From Octopus bimaculoides (lineage: Eukaryota): a stretch of DNA of 64,000 nucleotides. Position numbers and translations under genes: made by a program. Within the stretch, counting starts at the first letter, position 1. The number at the start of each line of letters is the position of its first letter. The notes beneath the pieces are model-generated. The model had not been told where the DNA came from, did not search any database, and saw nothing but the letters and a program-made list of their open reading frames with translations. Shown piece by piece: positions 9,553-22,500 of this stretch. Where the stretch lies: the NCBI RefSeq assembly GCF_001194135.2, contig NC_069007.1:21642827-21706826 (forward strand). The letters are read 5' to 3'.

Positions 9553-12479
9553 TTCGTTGTTGTTTGGTTCTCAGCACTTTTTATTTTAATTGTCTATCAG
9601 CACACACACACACACACACTATTCAAAATGTTAATCCCCTCCCCCACCTCAAATCATTTTGATAAAAAAAAAAAAAAGAAATTACTAAAATCTACTGAAA
9701 AATTTGACAAAACTTTCTACATTAAATCCAATGTATATATACACACGCATACTTATATGCAAATATATATATCTACCTACACAAATATACATACTTACAT
9801 ATATATATATATATATATGCATATATAACTGGGAATATACTGCTCAACAAAATTAAAATATAACTGCTTTATTTCTCATAGTGATAATATATATATATCA
9901 TCATCATCATTCAATGTCCGTTGTCCATGCTGGCATGGGTTGGACGGTTTGACCAGGACTGCACCAGACACCAATCTGACTGGGGTCTGGTGCAGCCTCC
10001 CAGCTTGCCAGCCCTGATCAAATCATCCAACCCATGCCAGAATGGACAATGGATGTTAAATGATGATGATGATGATGATGATGATATATATTATCAGTTA
10101 GTTGATCAGAATCAGAAAGAAAAAAAAATATATATATATATAAGTTAAATAGCCTCTTTAAGGGATGAAAAAAATATCCAATGAATTACTGGTATGTTGC
10201 CTATTATTCATAAAATAATAGGTTTAGATATAAATCTTGGTTTATAAATATTCAAATTAAAATTCAGAAAATGGAGATGTGGCATTAACATAATTTATTA
10301 AAACTGCAAAATTCAACATGTTCTCTTACAGCTATTTCAATCTCATCAGAGGAGGAGAAAAGACATACTGGTGGGTTATTAGATGTTATCTTAACAGACT
10401 GTTGAGATGTTTTGGAAGAATAACATCTAATAACCTAACGGTATGGCTTCACTACTCTACTGGCGAGACTTTTCATGGAGAAAGGTGTTCGCCTCCATGT
10501 GATCAGCTTGAAAAATATTTAAGATACTTGGATATTTTCCCACTCTTCTAAGCATGATACCAATGGTAGCCTTAATTCACAAATAAAGAAAATATATACA
10601 TATATATATTCCATTTGTTTGTGTTCTACATTGGGTTATTGGTCTTGCAATGCCGAAGCAATATATATGTATGTATATATATATATATATATATATATTG
10701 CTAAGTTATTGTGATGCTAATGACCTTGTATAGAACACAATACAAGTATGCTTCTCAATGAAGCATTAGTTGAGGACAGAGCAGTAATAAGGACAGAGAT
10801 GACAAAGGAATAAACGATTATCTCATGAATTTCATTACCTTACAACTATTTCCACTGTAAGATATGGCAGACTGATACTTGAGTGATTAGAGCTTCAAAC
10901 CTGAAGTGCCATTTATTTCAGGCACTCAACTGGGAGTCCACCACTTCTTATAGTGGAAACAGCTGTAAGCCAATGAAGTTCATTACATTCAATAATCGTT
11001 TATTCCTTTATATATATATATATATTATGTATGTATTTGGCAGTGAGAATAATTTCTTGGGTAGCTCCAGAGAGACCTCAAAGCAAGACAAGTTTCTCTC
11101 AATGAAGTAGGAAAAAAAATACAAGACTCCTTCTCATTCACCAAGAAACTATTCTTCACATCTATAACTGCTTTATGACTTACCAACGACATAATCTGTT
11201 AAATAAAACATATTTCTCTGTGTGTGTCTGTGTGTCCATAACTTGACTGCTGCATGACTTACCAACAATCAAATCTGATAAATAAAGTATATATTTTTCT
11301 ATCTATCTATGTATATGTATATATACAGTATAACTGTATAAAATGGTATTATATCACAAATAAAATATGAAATTGCCAGACAGTGTCTGAATCATTTTTT
11401 TTTTCTGTTAATGTTTTTCTTCAGCCTTGGGACTCATCAGTCTAGCTACCCAGTTTCCATGGTAATGGAAATGTGACTGAGATCACAGCATTATGCCTCA
11501 AAGGGAAACATCTCCATTGCAGGGTTTGAGATCAGAAATTTTGAGGGGAGGGGGCGAAAGTCAACTACATCGATTACAGTACTTGGATACTTGAGCCATC
11601 CGAAGGAGCAAGGCATCCAGCACCTTGCTGGATTCAAGAAAATCCGTATTCCACAGTAGAAGTGTCAATCGGATTCCCCTTGCTGAAGAGGATTGACCTG
11701 CAAGGACCCTGTGTCAGTGCTATGTAAAAAGCACCCATGCAAGTACCACATAAAAAGCACCCAGTACACTCTGTAAAGTGGTTGGTGGTAGGAAGTTCGT
11801 CCAGCCAGAAAAACTAAAGTTACTTTCATCTCAAGTCATACTGACTCATAAGGGCCTGTTTCCTGGCTTCCACGGTGTATATATTTATTCTCCACCTGGA
11901 TGGGATGCCAGTCCATCACAAGGTTACTCTTTTTTGCCAGCTGAGTGGACTGCAACAATGTGAAATGAAGTGTTTTTCTCAAGAACACAACACGCCGTCC
12001 GGTCCAGGAATTGAAACTACAATATTATAATGATGAGTCCAACACCCGAACCAGTAAGCCACGTGCCATCCAGCCATAGAAACCAAGTGAAATCAGGCTG
12101 GAACCTGGTACAGGTCTCCAGATTTGCCAGCTCTGGTAAAACCATCCAATCCATGTCACTATGGACAATGGATATTAAATGATGATGATGATGATATGTA
12201 TCATCATGGCTCCAGGTTCAGTCCCACTGTGTGGCACCTTGGGCAAGTGTCTATATATAGCTATAACCTCAGGCCAACCAAAGCTTTGCGAGTGGAATTG
12301 GTAGACAGAAACTGAAAGAAGCCCATCGTATATATACATATGTGTGTGTGTGTTAGTGTTTGTCCCACTCATCATCGCTTGACAACCGGTGTTGGTGTGT
12401 TTACATCCCTGTAACTTAGTGATTCAGCAAAGAGACTGATACAATAAGCACTTCAAGGTGATGCTCCAGCATGGCTACA

Positions 12480-12830
12480 TATAACAACCAGCTTCTCTTC
12501 CAGCTACCTTATATAATTCTCTGCTGTCCTTATTCTTCCAAGCCTGTCTCTTCACCTCCAAGCTTCTTTCAGTTTCCCTGTTCCACTACCATATTACCCT
12601 TCATCTGGCTAGAACTTTGCACCAGCTACAGATTTGGTCAGTAGTCCTCAATGGTGGTCCTAAAGGAACTTCCAGTTCTCCTCTAAATCGCCAGTTTCTA
12701 TCTCCTCCTCGTCCTCGTCAAATTCCTTAATTAGTACTTCATCAAATTTATGACTGTTCACTGAATCTCCTAAATCATTTAGCATTTCAACAGGCCAAAC
12801 CAAGCCCAAATATTTCACCTTTCTCATATC
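12480..12830 (-). mobile_element. Decayed RTE-type LINE ORF2 fragment (between endonuclease and RT)
   Basis: Minus-strand ENWKFL..TDQICSWCKV..W*WN...KRQAWK pattern typical of the RTE linker. Confidence 0.6.
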
Positions 12831-13504
12831 CAAATCAGCAAAATAGAAAAGAGACCGATAGAATAAAGACTAAGCTTACAAAGAATAAGTCCAGGGGTCG
12901 ATTTCTTTGACTAAAAGACTCTTTAAGGTGGTGCTCCAGCATGGCAGCAGTCAAATAACTGAAACAAGGAAAAAGAATAAAAGAAAAGAGTGTAGGTAAC
13001 GAAGTGAGTGGCTGGTTTCTTAAAGTCAACCTTTTAGCATTTAAACTGACCATAACTATTCTCCTCATTTAATCTTCAAATTGGCCATGTTAGGCCTCTC
13101 TCACCTACCCTCCAATGTCATTCTAAAAATTAAAAAAATCACATCAATGAAATCACAAAGCTTCAAGATAAAGCATGATTAATCCAAAAACAGTATGACT
13201 AAATGAGAATTACATTCGATAGAGTAATCTGAATGGCGAACGGCTAAACCTCTTTTTCCACAGTGTTTTCTGTCTGAGTCCTTTTAGCTCCACGTCTGAA
13301 GTCACTAAGCTAGTTTCGGCAACTCGGATATTCTTCACAAGGGAAACTTGAGCTTGCATTCCCAAGTACCCTTGTATCCTGATTTCTGGAGAGAATGTAA
13401 TCACTCGGATGTGCGCACCAGATTCAAAGCACTGTGTAATATGATTTTGGTCCTTGGCTAGCAACTGTTATTTCCCATTTGCTTACCCTTAGATAGGATG
13501 AAAA

Positions 13505-13915
13505 ATGGCGCAGGAGTGGCTGCGTAGTAAGAAGCTTGCTTCTCAAGCACATGGTTCCAGGTTCAGTCCCACTGCATGGCATCTTGGGCAAGTGTCTTCT
13601 ACTATATCCTCAGGCCAACCAAAGCCCGAGTAGACTTGATAGATGGAAACTGAAAGAATCCCATTGATTTTTTTTATATATATATTTTGTGTGTGTGTGT
13701 GTGTGTCTGTTTGTTCCCCGACCATCACTTGACAATCGATGTTGGTGTGTTTACGTCCCTGCAACTTAGCAGTTCAGCAAAAGAAACTAATAGAAAAAGT
13801 ACTAGGCTTACAAAGAATAAGTCCTGGCTTTGATTTCTTTGACTAAAAATCTCTTTAAGGTTGTGCTCCAGCATGGCAGCAGTTAAATGACTGAAACAAG
13901 TAAAAGAAAAGTGTG
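13505..13915 (+). mobile_element. tRNA-derived SINE, family A (full-length copy)
   Basis: Same head, body and tail as 6345-6725 in opposite orientation. Confidence 0.85.
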
Positions 13916-14049
13916 TGAGTGACTGGTTTCTTGAAATGAATCCTTTAGCATTTAAACTGGTCAACTTTTCTACTAATAGTATTTTCAAACTGGCCATATT
14001 AGGCCTCTCACACCTAACCCGCAATGTCATTCTAAAAAGAAATAATCAC

Positions 14050-14690
14050 ATCATTGGGCCTCATTGAAGCGATGACTAGTGACTGAATTTGCCATGCTTG
14101 AGAAGGCTTGTCAAGCCAATGAAATCCTAGTTGTGGCCATTGCTGATGTCATGTAAATAGCATCCGTGAAATGGTCATTGCTGGAAGCATGATCTTTGAA
14201 TGTTGGACCTCACAGAGGTGAGGTCAAGTGACTAAGTCCTTTGGCGATATGCTGTGCTTGAGAAGACACATCAAGCCAAGTGAAACCATAGTCATGACCG
14301 TTACCAGTGTCATGTGAATGGCATGAGTGAAATTGTAATCGTGGCCATTGCTGGTAGCATGATCTTCGAATGTTAAGCCTCACCAAAGCAATGACATGTC
14401 ACCGAGACCTTTGAGGATGTGCTGTGCTGGAGAAGGCCTGTCAAGCCAAGTGGAATCCTAGTCGTGGCTGTTGGCAGGGTCACGTGAATGGCACCCACGC
14501 CAGTGGCACACAAAAGCCACCCATTACACTCTCAGAATGGTTGGTGTTGGGAAGGGCATCCAGTCATAGAAACCATTCCAAACCAGACTGGGACCTGGTG
14601 CAGCTCCCCAGCTTGCCAGTCCTCAGTCAAACCATCCAATCCATGCCAGCATGGAAAACGGATGTTACATGATGACGATGACGATGACGA
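14050..14690 (+). mobile_element. Retroposon 3' region ending in a (GAT)n tail (RTE-tail-like family C); related tails near 2930-3200, 7570-7695, 12065-12195, 23145-23500, 47770-48050, 49680-49900, 53380-53620
   Basis: Shared GGAAGGGCATCCAG...ATCCAACCCATGCCAGCATGGAAA.CGGA.GTTAAA(TGA)n. Confidence 0.7.
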
Positions 14691-15175
14691 ATGAATGTGG
14701 GTAAACAAGCATTCCATTTGACAGAGTAATCGGAATGCCAAAGGGTTAATGTTGCAGATCATCAGGCTGTTTGCTTTGCAGAACTCCAGCTCCTGCAGCC
14801 GAAAGCCATTCACTTCCATCTACACCAAGGCATCCATCGGGTTGCAACAATGTCATTACGTCTGTTTCTCTCCCTTCACCACTTGATAACTAGTCTTGGT
14901 GCGTTTACGTCCCCCATAGCAGTTCAGCAAAAACAGACTGACGGAATAAGCACCAGGCTTTTAAAAAATAAGCATGGGGGTTGATACATTCAACTAAAAC
15001 CCTTCTAGGCACTGCCCCAGCATGGCTGCAGTCAAAAGAGTGAAACAAGCAAGAGGTTGGAAATAAAAAGACAACGGTAAAATTTCAAACAGAAAAAAAA
15101 AATTTTTTTTTTTAAATTAAAAAACATTGATTTAAGAACCAAGCAGTGTGGCTTTAGTTTATCTCATAGATTAAA

Positions 15176-15181
15176 TTTATT
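15176..15181 (-). promoter_or_regulatory. Candidate ARID2 polyadenylation signal AATAAA
   Basis: TTTATT on + strand about 1.2 kb past the stop, with U-rich sequence downstream on the minus strand; not confirmed. Confidence 0.3.
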
Positions 15182-15472
15182 TTTGAAATCGAGTTTTAGA
15201 AAAATGACACATGTTAAAGTCCTTCAATTCCCATGAATGCAAAAAAAAAAAAAAAAAAAAAATTAACTTTTTGCTACAACAGAACAAATTTTTTTTTTTT
15301 TTTAAAATCTTCTTTAAATGAAAAGTGGCAACATTAGTTCGTTCTCTCACTTTTGCCGAAGTTTTTTCCTGACACACACTCACACACACGTACATACAGA
15401 CATACACACAAACACGTACATGTGTGTATGTATATGTATATGTGTGCGTGTGTATATATATACGTGTGTGTG

Positions 15473-15516
<44 letters not shown>

Positions 15517-16407
15517 TATATATATATAATTTTCTTTATATAATAACAATAATAATCATTACTATTATTGTTCAATGTATGTACATGTCTGTGTGTATGT
15601 ACGTGTATGTATACGATGGTATCTGTGTTTAAGTGCCATTTTATAATTATTATTATTTTTTCTTTTTTTTTATTAATATATTATTGTTTTTGTCCTTTTT
15701 GCTTTTTTGTTTTCTTTTGCTTCTTTCTCTCTTTCCAAAAGAAAAAGGGAAAAAGAAAAAAAAAATGGTTAAATACAATGAGTAAGCGGTGGTTGTCACA
15801 AATGTGTGTTGTGATGTTCCCCCTATGAACGTAGAAGTTATAGTAGTAGTAGTAGTAGTAGTAGTGTTAGTAGAAGTTGTAATTTAATCAAGTGTGTGTA
15901 TGCGTGTGTGTGTGTGTGTATGTGGTGGTGAGGGGAGGGTCAGAGTGGACTGGTGTGTTTGGTGATGTCTAAAAGGCTAAAAAGAGACACTTTGTACAAA
16001 ATACTGACTTGACAGGCAAAATGATGGTATGTAGAAGGTAAGCAGAGGGGGGTGGGCTCTTTTTTTTTTTTTCTTATTTTGGGGATCAAATGGCTCAGTG
16101 ACACATGTAACAAACCATACTCGCAGCTAAAAATAAAAAATAAAGATGAAGACACTCTATATACACACACATGCATACATACACACACACAGAGCTTTTA
16201 AAAAACAGATTATGAAGATGTTTGGTCAAGTGATGTCATATACACTATTTTTTTTTTTATTTGTTGATGAGATGATGTGAGAAAGGAACAAGGAGAGAGA
16301 GAGAGAAAGAGAGAGAGGAGAAATTATACCAGCAGGGGTGAAATAGATGAATGGGGTGAGAGGAGGTGTAAGAAAGAGCCAGCAGGTAGGTGACTGCTCA
16401 CGGCCTG

Positions 16408-16513
16408 CTAATGATGCTCAAGGATTTCCCAAAGGCAGTTAGCTAATGCATTGGAGGATTCCACTGCGCTCATTGCAGTGTAGCCCAAGTAGGTCTCATG
16501 CTTCTTCAATATT
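16408..16513 (-). CDS. ARID2: ARID2 last coding exon ([34 protein letters not shown])
   Basis: TTTCAG acceptor, stop TAG at 16408-16410. Confidence 0.93.
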
Positions 16514-19500
16514 CTGAAACAAGAAAGAAAAAAAAAAAAAGAAAATTAACACATTACATAATGACAGGATATCGATGAGATAAAACAACCCCAGAGTTTA
16601 ACCGGTACTCATTTTATTGACCCCAGCACAATTTAAACTCAGAACATAAAAGTGGATGAAATACTATTAAGCATTTCAACGGGCATAATGCTAATGATTC
16701 TGACAGCTCCCCATCTTATATAATAAACATGATATTGATGACGAGATAAAACAAATAGAAAATATGCAATAAACAATAAAATTACAAAAAAAAAAAAAAA
16801 ATTATGATAGAAAGTAGAAAGGAAGGTAAGGAAATGGAATTATTATTTGCAAAATATTCTTGATATTTCTACAGATTGAGGGCAGCAGAGAAACAGTTAA
16901 GATTTGGGTGATCGAAGAGATCTTAACGACTGGTGTTGGTGTAACTTAGCAGTTTGGCAAAAGGGACTGACAGAATAAGTACCAGACTTTAATGCTTTCA
17001 GCAAAGTTACCAACCTTCGGCCAAGTGTTGAGTATCGTGATAAATTCCTTAAAATCAAAGCTGCAGTTAATCTGATGTGTTTTGTAACTGGTCCTTCACG
17101 AGCTTCCTGCAGAAAAGCCAAAATAAAAAAAAAAGAAGTGAATTCTAAATGTAACAAAGAAAAAAAAAAAAAGAAAAAGGAAAAGAAGCAGCTTATATAA
17201 CAACATCCTTGTTGCTATAAGTTGTATTTAATCTTTTATTTTCCGTTCAGTTTGGATGATGCAAAGCTGATAAAAACACTGTATGCACACACACAAAACC
17301 TACATACACACATGCACAAACACAGAGCTATGGTAGAAGAAACTTGCTTAAGGTGTTGCACAGTTGGACTGAATTATGATAAAATGTGGCTCATTTATTA
17401 GATAATAGCAGGTGCTCGCCAAAATGGAGATTAAATCCAGCCCAAAATATCCTACCAGTTTTACATTCAAACTGACTAGATCACGCCTCTCACACTTACC
17501 CTACAATGTCATTTCTAACAATGAACAATCACATCATTGAAATCTTCAAGCTTTGAGATAATGCATGATTAATTCAAAACAATTCTTTTATTGTTTCATA
17601 CGTTTCAGCCCCCAAGGCTGTGGCCATGCTGGAGCACCGCCAGTAAATAAATAAGCATTACATCTGACACAATAATCTGAATGTTAAAGGATTAAAATGA
17701 AACTTCCCTCAGTCTTGCTTCAACACTTATTTCTTGGAAAACCTGTTACACCTCAATCCTGACAATAATCTCACACACAATAAGTCTTGAGAGAAAGTAA
17801 GTAGACTGTATTACTGGTATTTCTATTATTAATCTCTGAAGGGATGAAAGGTGAATGTCTGAAAGAATTGAAGCTTATTGTTATCAGGTGTTTTTTTTTC
17901 GACACCTTCAGTAACGAGTCTACTTTGTAATGTTATTGTTACTGCTTTTACACCTGTGTGTTGGCACTTGACAGGACAAACAGACAGAGCGGAAGAGGTG
18001 GGGGTGGGGAACAAGATAGAGAAGCACCAGCATTACAGAATATCTTGGTGAAGAGTATATGGTAAAATTTCATCTTGTGATCTCAGAGTCACTCCATCAT
18101 TGGAACACTGCGACCTCTGTCTGTCTGTCTCTCCTTCAAATACTTTTACACTCAGTGACATGTGTACACACCCATCACATCCAACAAACTCTTGGGATGT
18201 ACCTGTTCCTGAAACTATCCTTTACTTATCCGAGCTGTACCATCACAAAATATTGATTCCAAATTTTAGCACAAGGCCAGTAATTTCAGAAGGGTTAAGT
18301 CAATTAGATCGACTCCAATGTTCAGCTGATCCTTATTTTATCGACCTTGAAAGGATGAAAGGCAAAGTCCACCTTGGTGGAATTTGAACTCAGAACATAG
18401 AGACAGATCCTTGTTGCCTGCTGTGCTAATGATTCTGCCAGCTCATCGCTATCACGAATACCATCTGCTAACAGCATCCACCCTGCTGCCAAACAAACAT
18501 ACAAAGACATGTCATACAATTTTAATTAGTGGAATGTGAGGAAAATTAGAAAAAAACTTGATGACAAAACAAATGGGTTAAAAAAAAAAAAGATACAAAA
18601 AAAAGAAAAGAAATCATTCAAAATTATATCTAATAAAAAAAAATAAAAATTTCAGGTCAAAAACAATAACAACAAAATAGACATAAACACATCAAAAGAT
18701 ATTTACAAGAACATCAAGCAACAATGAGAGAATAGGGAAAAAAGTTATCCTGCAAAGTTACTGAGGGAAGCAAGCAGGAATCTGAATGCAGCAAAGATGA
18801 TATTTAAAGCTCTAAAAGTATCATGCACACACACATTGGATTAATATAGCAGTCTTTTGGGTTTTTTCTGGTTTTAAGCGCTTGCTTTTTCTACAGCCTC
18901 TCCCTGATAGCAAACAATTTCTTCCATGCAGCATGTTCTTGTTTATTGTGCGATTTTATAAACACTGCTCTCCTCCTCCTCCTCCACCTTGATGAATGTG
19001 TGTCATTGAGCTCGGACACACCACAACGGCTCACGAGATAAACCTCTGTCCAACCCTTGCCGTCCACCCCACACTCACACGGTGAAGAGAAAAGAGCTGA
19101 AAACATCAGCTGGAAAGGAATGACAAAGTGGAGGGAAAAGGATAAGGAAAACAGAAAAGAAAGAAAAAGAGAGTTTCAGATAAGAATACTTAAAGTGTGT
19201 TGTCTACCACCACCACCACCCCTCCAAACTCACCCATGGGATATTATATATCCGCCCCCACCCCCACCCCCGCNNNNNNNNNNNNNNNNNNNNNNNNNNN
19301 NNNNNNNNNNNNNNNNNNNNNNNNNNNNNNNNNNNNNNNNNNNNNNNNNNNNNNNNNNNNNNNNNNNNNNNNNNNNNNNNNNNNNNNNNNNNNNNNNNNN
19401 NNNNNNNNNNNNNNNNNNNNNNNNNNNNNNNNNNNNNNNNNNNNNNNNNNNNNNNNNNNNNNNNNNNNNNNNNNNNNNNNNNNNNNNNNNNNNNNNNNNN

Positions 19501-22500
19501 NNNNNNNNNNNNNNNNNNNNNNNNNNNNNNNNNNNNNNNNNNNNNNNNNNNNNNNNNNNNNNNNNNNNNNATGGCATGGGCTTGCAGAGAGAGAGAGACG
19601 GAGAGAGAGAGAACTCACCTGGAGCATCGGCTTAACAATGTTGAACTGCATCGGAGGGTATGCAAAGTCTGGGTTTCTCGCTTTGAAATCGTATCGCGGG
19701 TAATGATGGATTGGGTGTGGCACAAAGTTTGTGGGCTACAAGAGAAGATCCAGCCAGGAGTGAGAGACAGCGCAAAGTCATCAACTTTGGTTAAGACTAA
19801 CGAGGTGAGACTCGCAATGAGAATGGGCGGGCGGTTGCAGACTTGGGTGCCAGAAAGAACACAAGAGGAACTGGGTTTTTTTTTTTTTTCAAAGAGCCTG
19901 ATCAAAGGGACCGATTAAGGAGAGAGGTTACTCAGAAGATATTCGAAAAACAGGAATGAGAACAAGACAACCAATGCTAGATCAGCAAACTGTAAACAGA
20001 CAAAAACCATCCACTTATTTGATAAGGATTCTAACATTTTTGTCCAGTGACACTTGTTGAAGGTTTATTAACACCATGGTTACCTGGTTCAGATTGTATT
20101 CACAAAGTTCTGGGTTCAATCTCAATGTGCTTGGCCCAAGCCTTCTCAGTGAAATTGGGTCGATGGAAAATGTGCAGAAGCCTGTTATTCTGCAAGGGAG
20201 TTTTTTTATTTTTTCAGTAGCAGACCGAATTCACTGTCATCTTTGAATACCTTCAACAGAGTCCACTGTTAACATGTGAACCAGGATCTCAATAACTTGA
20301 TCTCCTGACTTATTCCATCCTTCTGCAGCAGCAGCAGCAAACCCAGCAATTCTGGTTTCTTCCTCTACTCCCACCGACCAACCAACCAACCAACCAACCA
20401 ACCAATCTCAGGGACCCCGTGGAACATCATGGCTGTTGATGTAGTTTCTCCTCTAAGGCAACAGCAAAACAAGACAGAGAAAAAATGAAACAAAAACAAA
20501 ACAATACCCTGTATAAAGTTCTAACAGATAGAGCAGACCAAATTGTTGTGAATTTTGGCTTTGTTGTTATAGCGACGAAACAAGGATGAAACATCACCTT
20601 GAAAATATCAAAACTTGATTGGGAATCACACATCGACAAAGTGAACTATTTGAGACAAAGAGAAGTCCAACAGGAAAAAAAAGAAAATCCTCTTCCAAGA
20701 AAAAAACTTGAAGCCGTCCATGGTTCCAATAAACAACAAAGTTAACGATAAGTTTGAACCAACGTGGGACCTTTTACTCCACCATATAGTGTGCTAAAAA
20801 TAGTAGCCATTACTCCAAAACATAACACCTTACCATATAAATAAGAAGAAAGAATATAGTGGATAGGGTAGTCACAGCTGGAAGGTCTCTGATCAATTAC
20901 TGGTGGTGGGTTGACAAGTCCCTTAACCCCTTGGGGGTTGTTAGACCGCTGCAGCCATGCAGGGCAAGAAAGCCTGGCAAAGCCCATCCCTCTTCAGGCT
21001 AAACTCATTTCTACAGCTGAGTGAACTGGAGCAACATGAAACGAAGTGTTTTTGCTCAAGAACACAATGGATCACCCAGTCCAGGAACCAAAACCACAAT
21101 TTTACAGTCATGAATCCAACATCCTAACCACTAAGCGACGTGCCTCCACATGGTGGGCCAAGGGAGCTAAATAATGATGGAAAAAAAATAGAATGAAACC
21201 TAATCACCATTTTAATAGTAACCAGAGTGAACCAGAAACAAAATATTTATCCCTTTAGCATTTAAACCAGCCAGATCTGGCTTCTCACACCTACCTTACA
21301 ATGTCATTCTAAAAATAAACAATTGCCTCATCAAAATATTGAAGCTAAGAGATAAATGCATGATTAATTAAAAACAAGGTGAATGAACAGGTGTCACATC
21401 TAAAAGAAAAATCTGAATACTAAAAAAGCTAATCTTTTGGCTGACAAAAGACTCGCAAGAACTCCTCTTTTAATTCTACCCATTCCACAGGCATAAAAAT
21501 TCAGAGAAAAACACACTGGATCAAAGAAGTAATTGCCTTGAGCAGACATGTTGCTGGATGTAGCAGCCAGATTAGTAGATGGAGATGGGACAAGTAGGGT
21601 TTCATAAATCTATGAACTGACAAACCTATGGAATAAAACTTAGCGGAGATCTTGTAAGGTGAACAACAATTAGCATCACCTGTCTTCATTCAAAGTTTCT
21701 CCTTTTTCTTTGTTATTTGCCCAATTTTTATGTCCTTTGGAATGAGGAATATTCTTTTCTTTTCTCTTATTTTACTTGCCAAAATTGCAAGCCTATTGAC
21801 TAAATGATGGTACTAACTGAACAAAATAAACAAGATCATTAACCTTAATAGCTGTAAAGAACAGGTGGGCTGAGATAACCTGATCCAAGTCGAGCCAAGG
21901 TTACAGAGAAACATTTTTTGTCCTGTATTTTTGTTTAGTATTCCAACATGAAGGGGAAAAAAAAGTAAAGAAAAATTTAATAAAATCAAACATGCAAAAA
22001 AAAAAAAAAAAAAGATCCCTTTGCAAAATAGAAGGGGTGGAAAAAAAAGGGAAGACATCATTATATGCATGAACAGAAAAAAAAAAAGAAAATTTGAATT
22101 AAAATAAAACATCAATACTTGAGTAAGTCATGTCATTATAGCACAGAAAGAAATGTCAAAACAGAAATAAGTAAACAAACACATCATGCCAAGGGTCTAG
22201 ACATAAAAAACAAAACAAAAAAAAACACAAATCAAGTCTCTGCTATGACAGAGAGAGATGTAACATGCTTCAAAAAGTTTAAATCTGTCAATAATATCAG
22301 AGCATCTTATTATAAACAGATGAACATATTGGACGTAATATATTGGACGACATCAATAAGCAACTAACTAGAAGCATTAAATCATGAATCTTTGAGGTTA
22401 CATTTGGTTATAAATGCAAATATACACAGACACAACAAGCACTCCGACACACAGACAGAAAAAATCTTGGGCTTCCATTTTGGAGCCAATATAAATTTCA

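Noticed and set aside
11405-11450. Minus-strand CTGATGAGTCCCAAGG resembling a schistosome-type hammerhead start
   Set aside because: Helix II is not closed and there is no properly placed GAAA or helix III.
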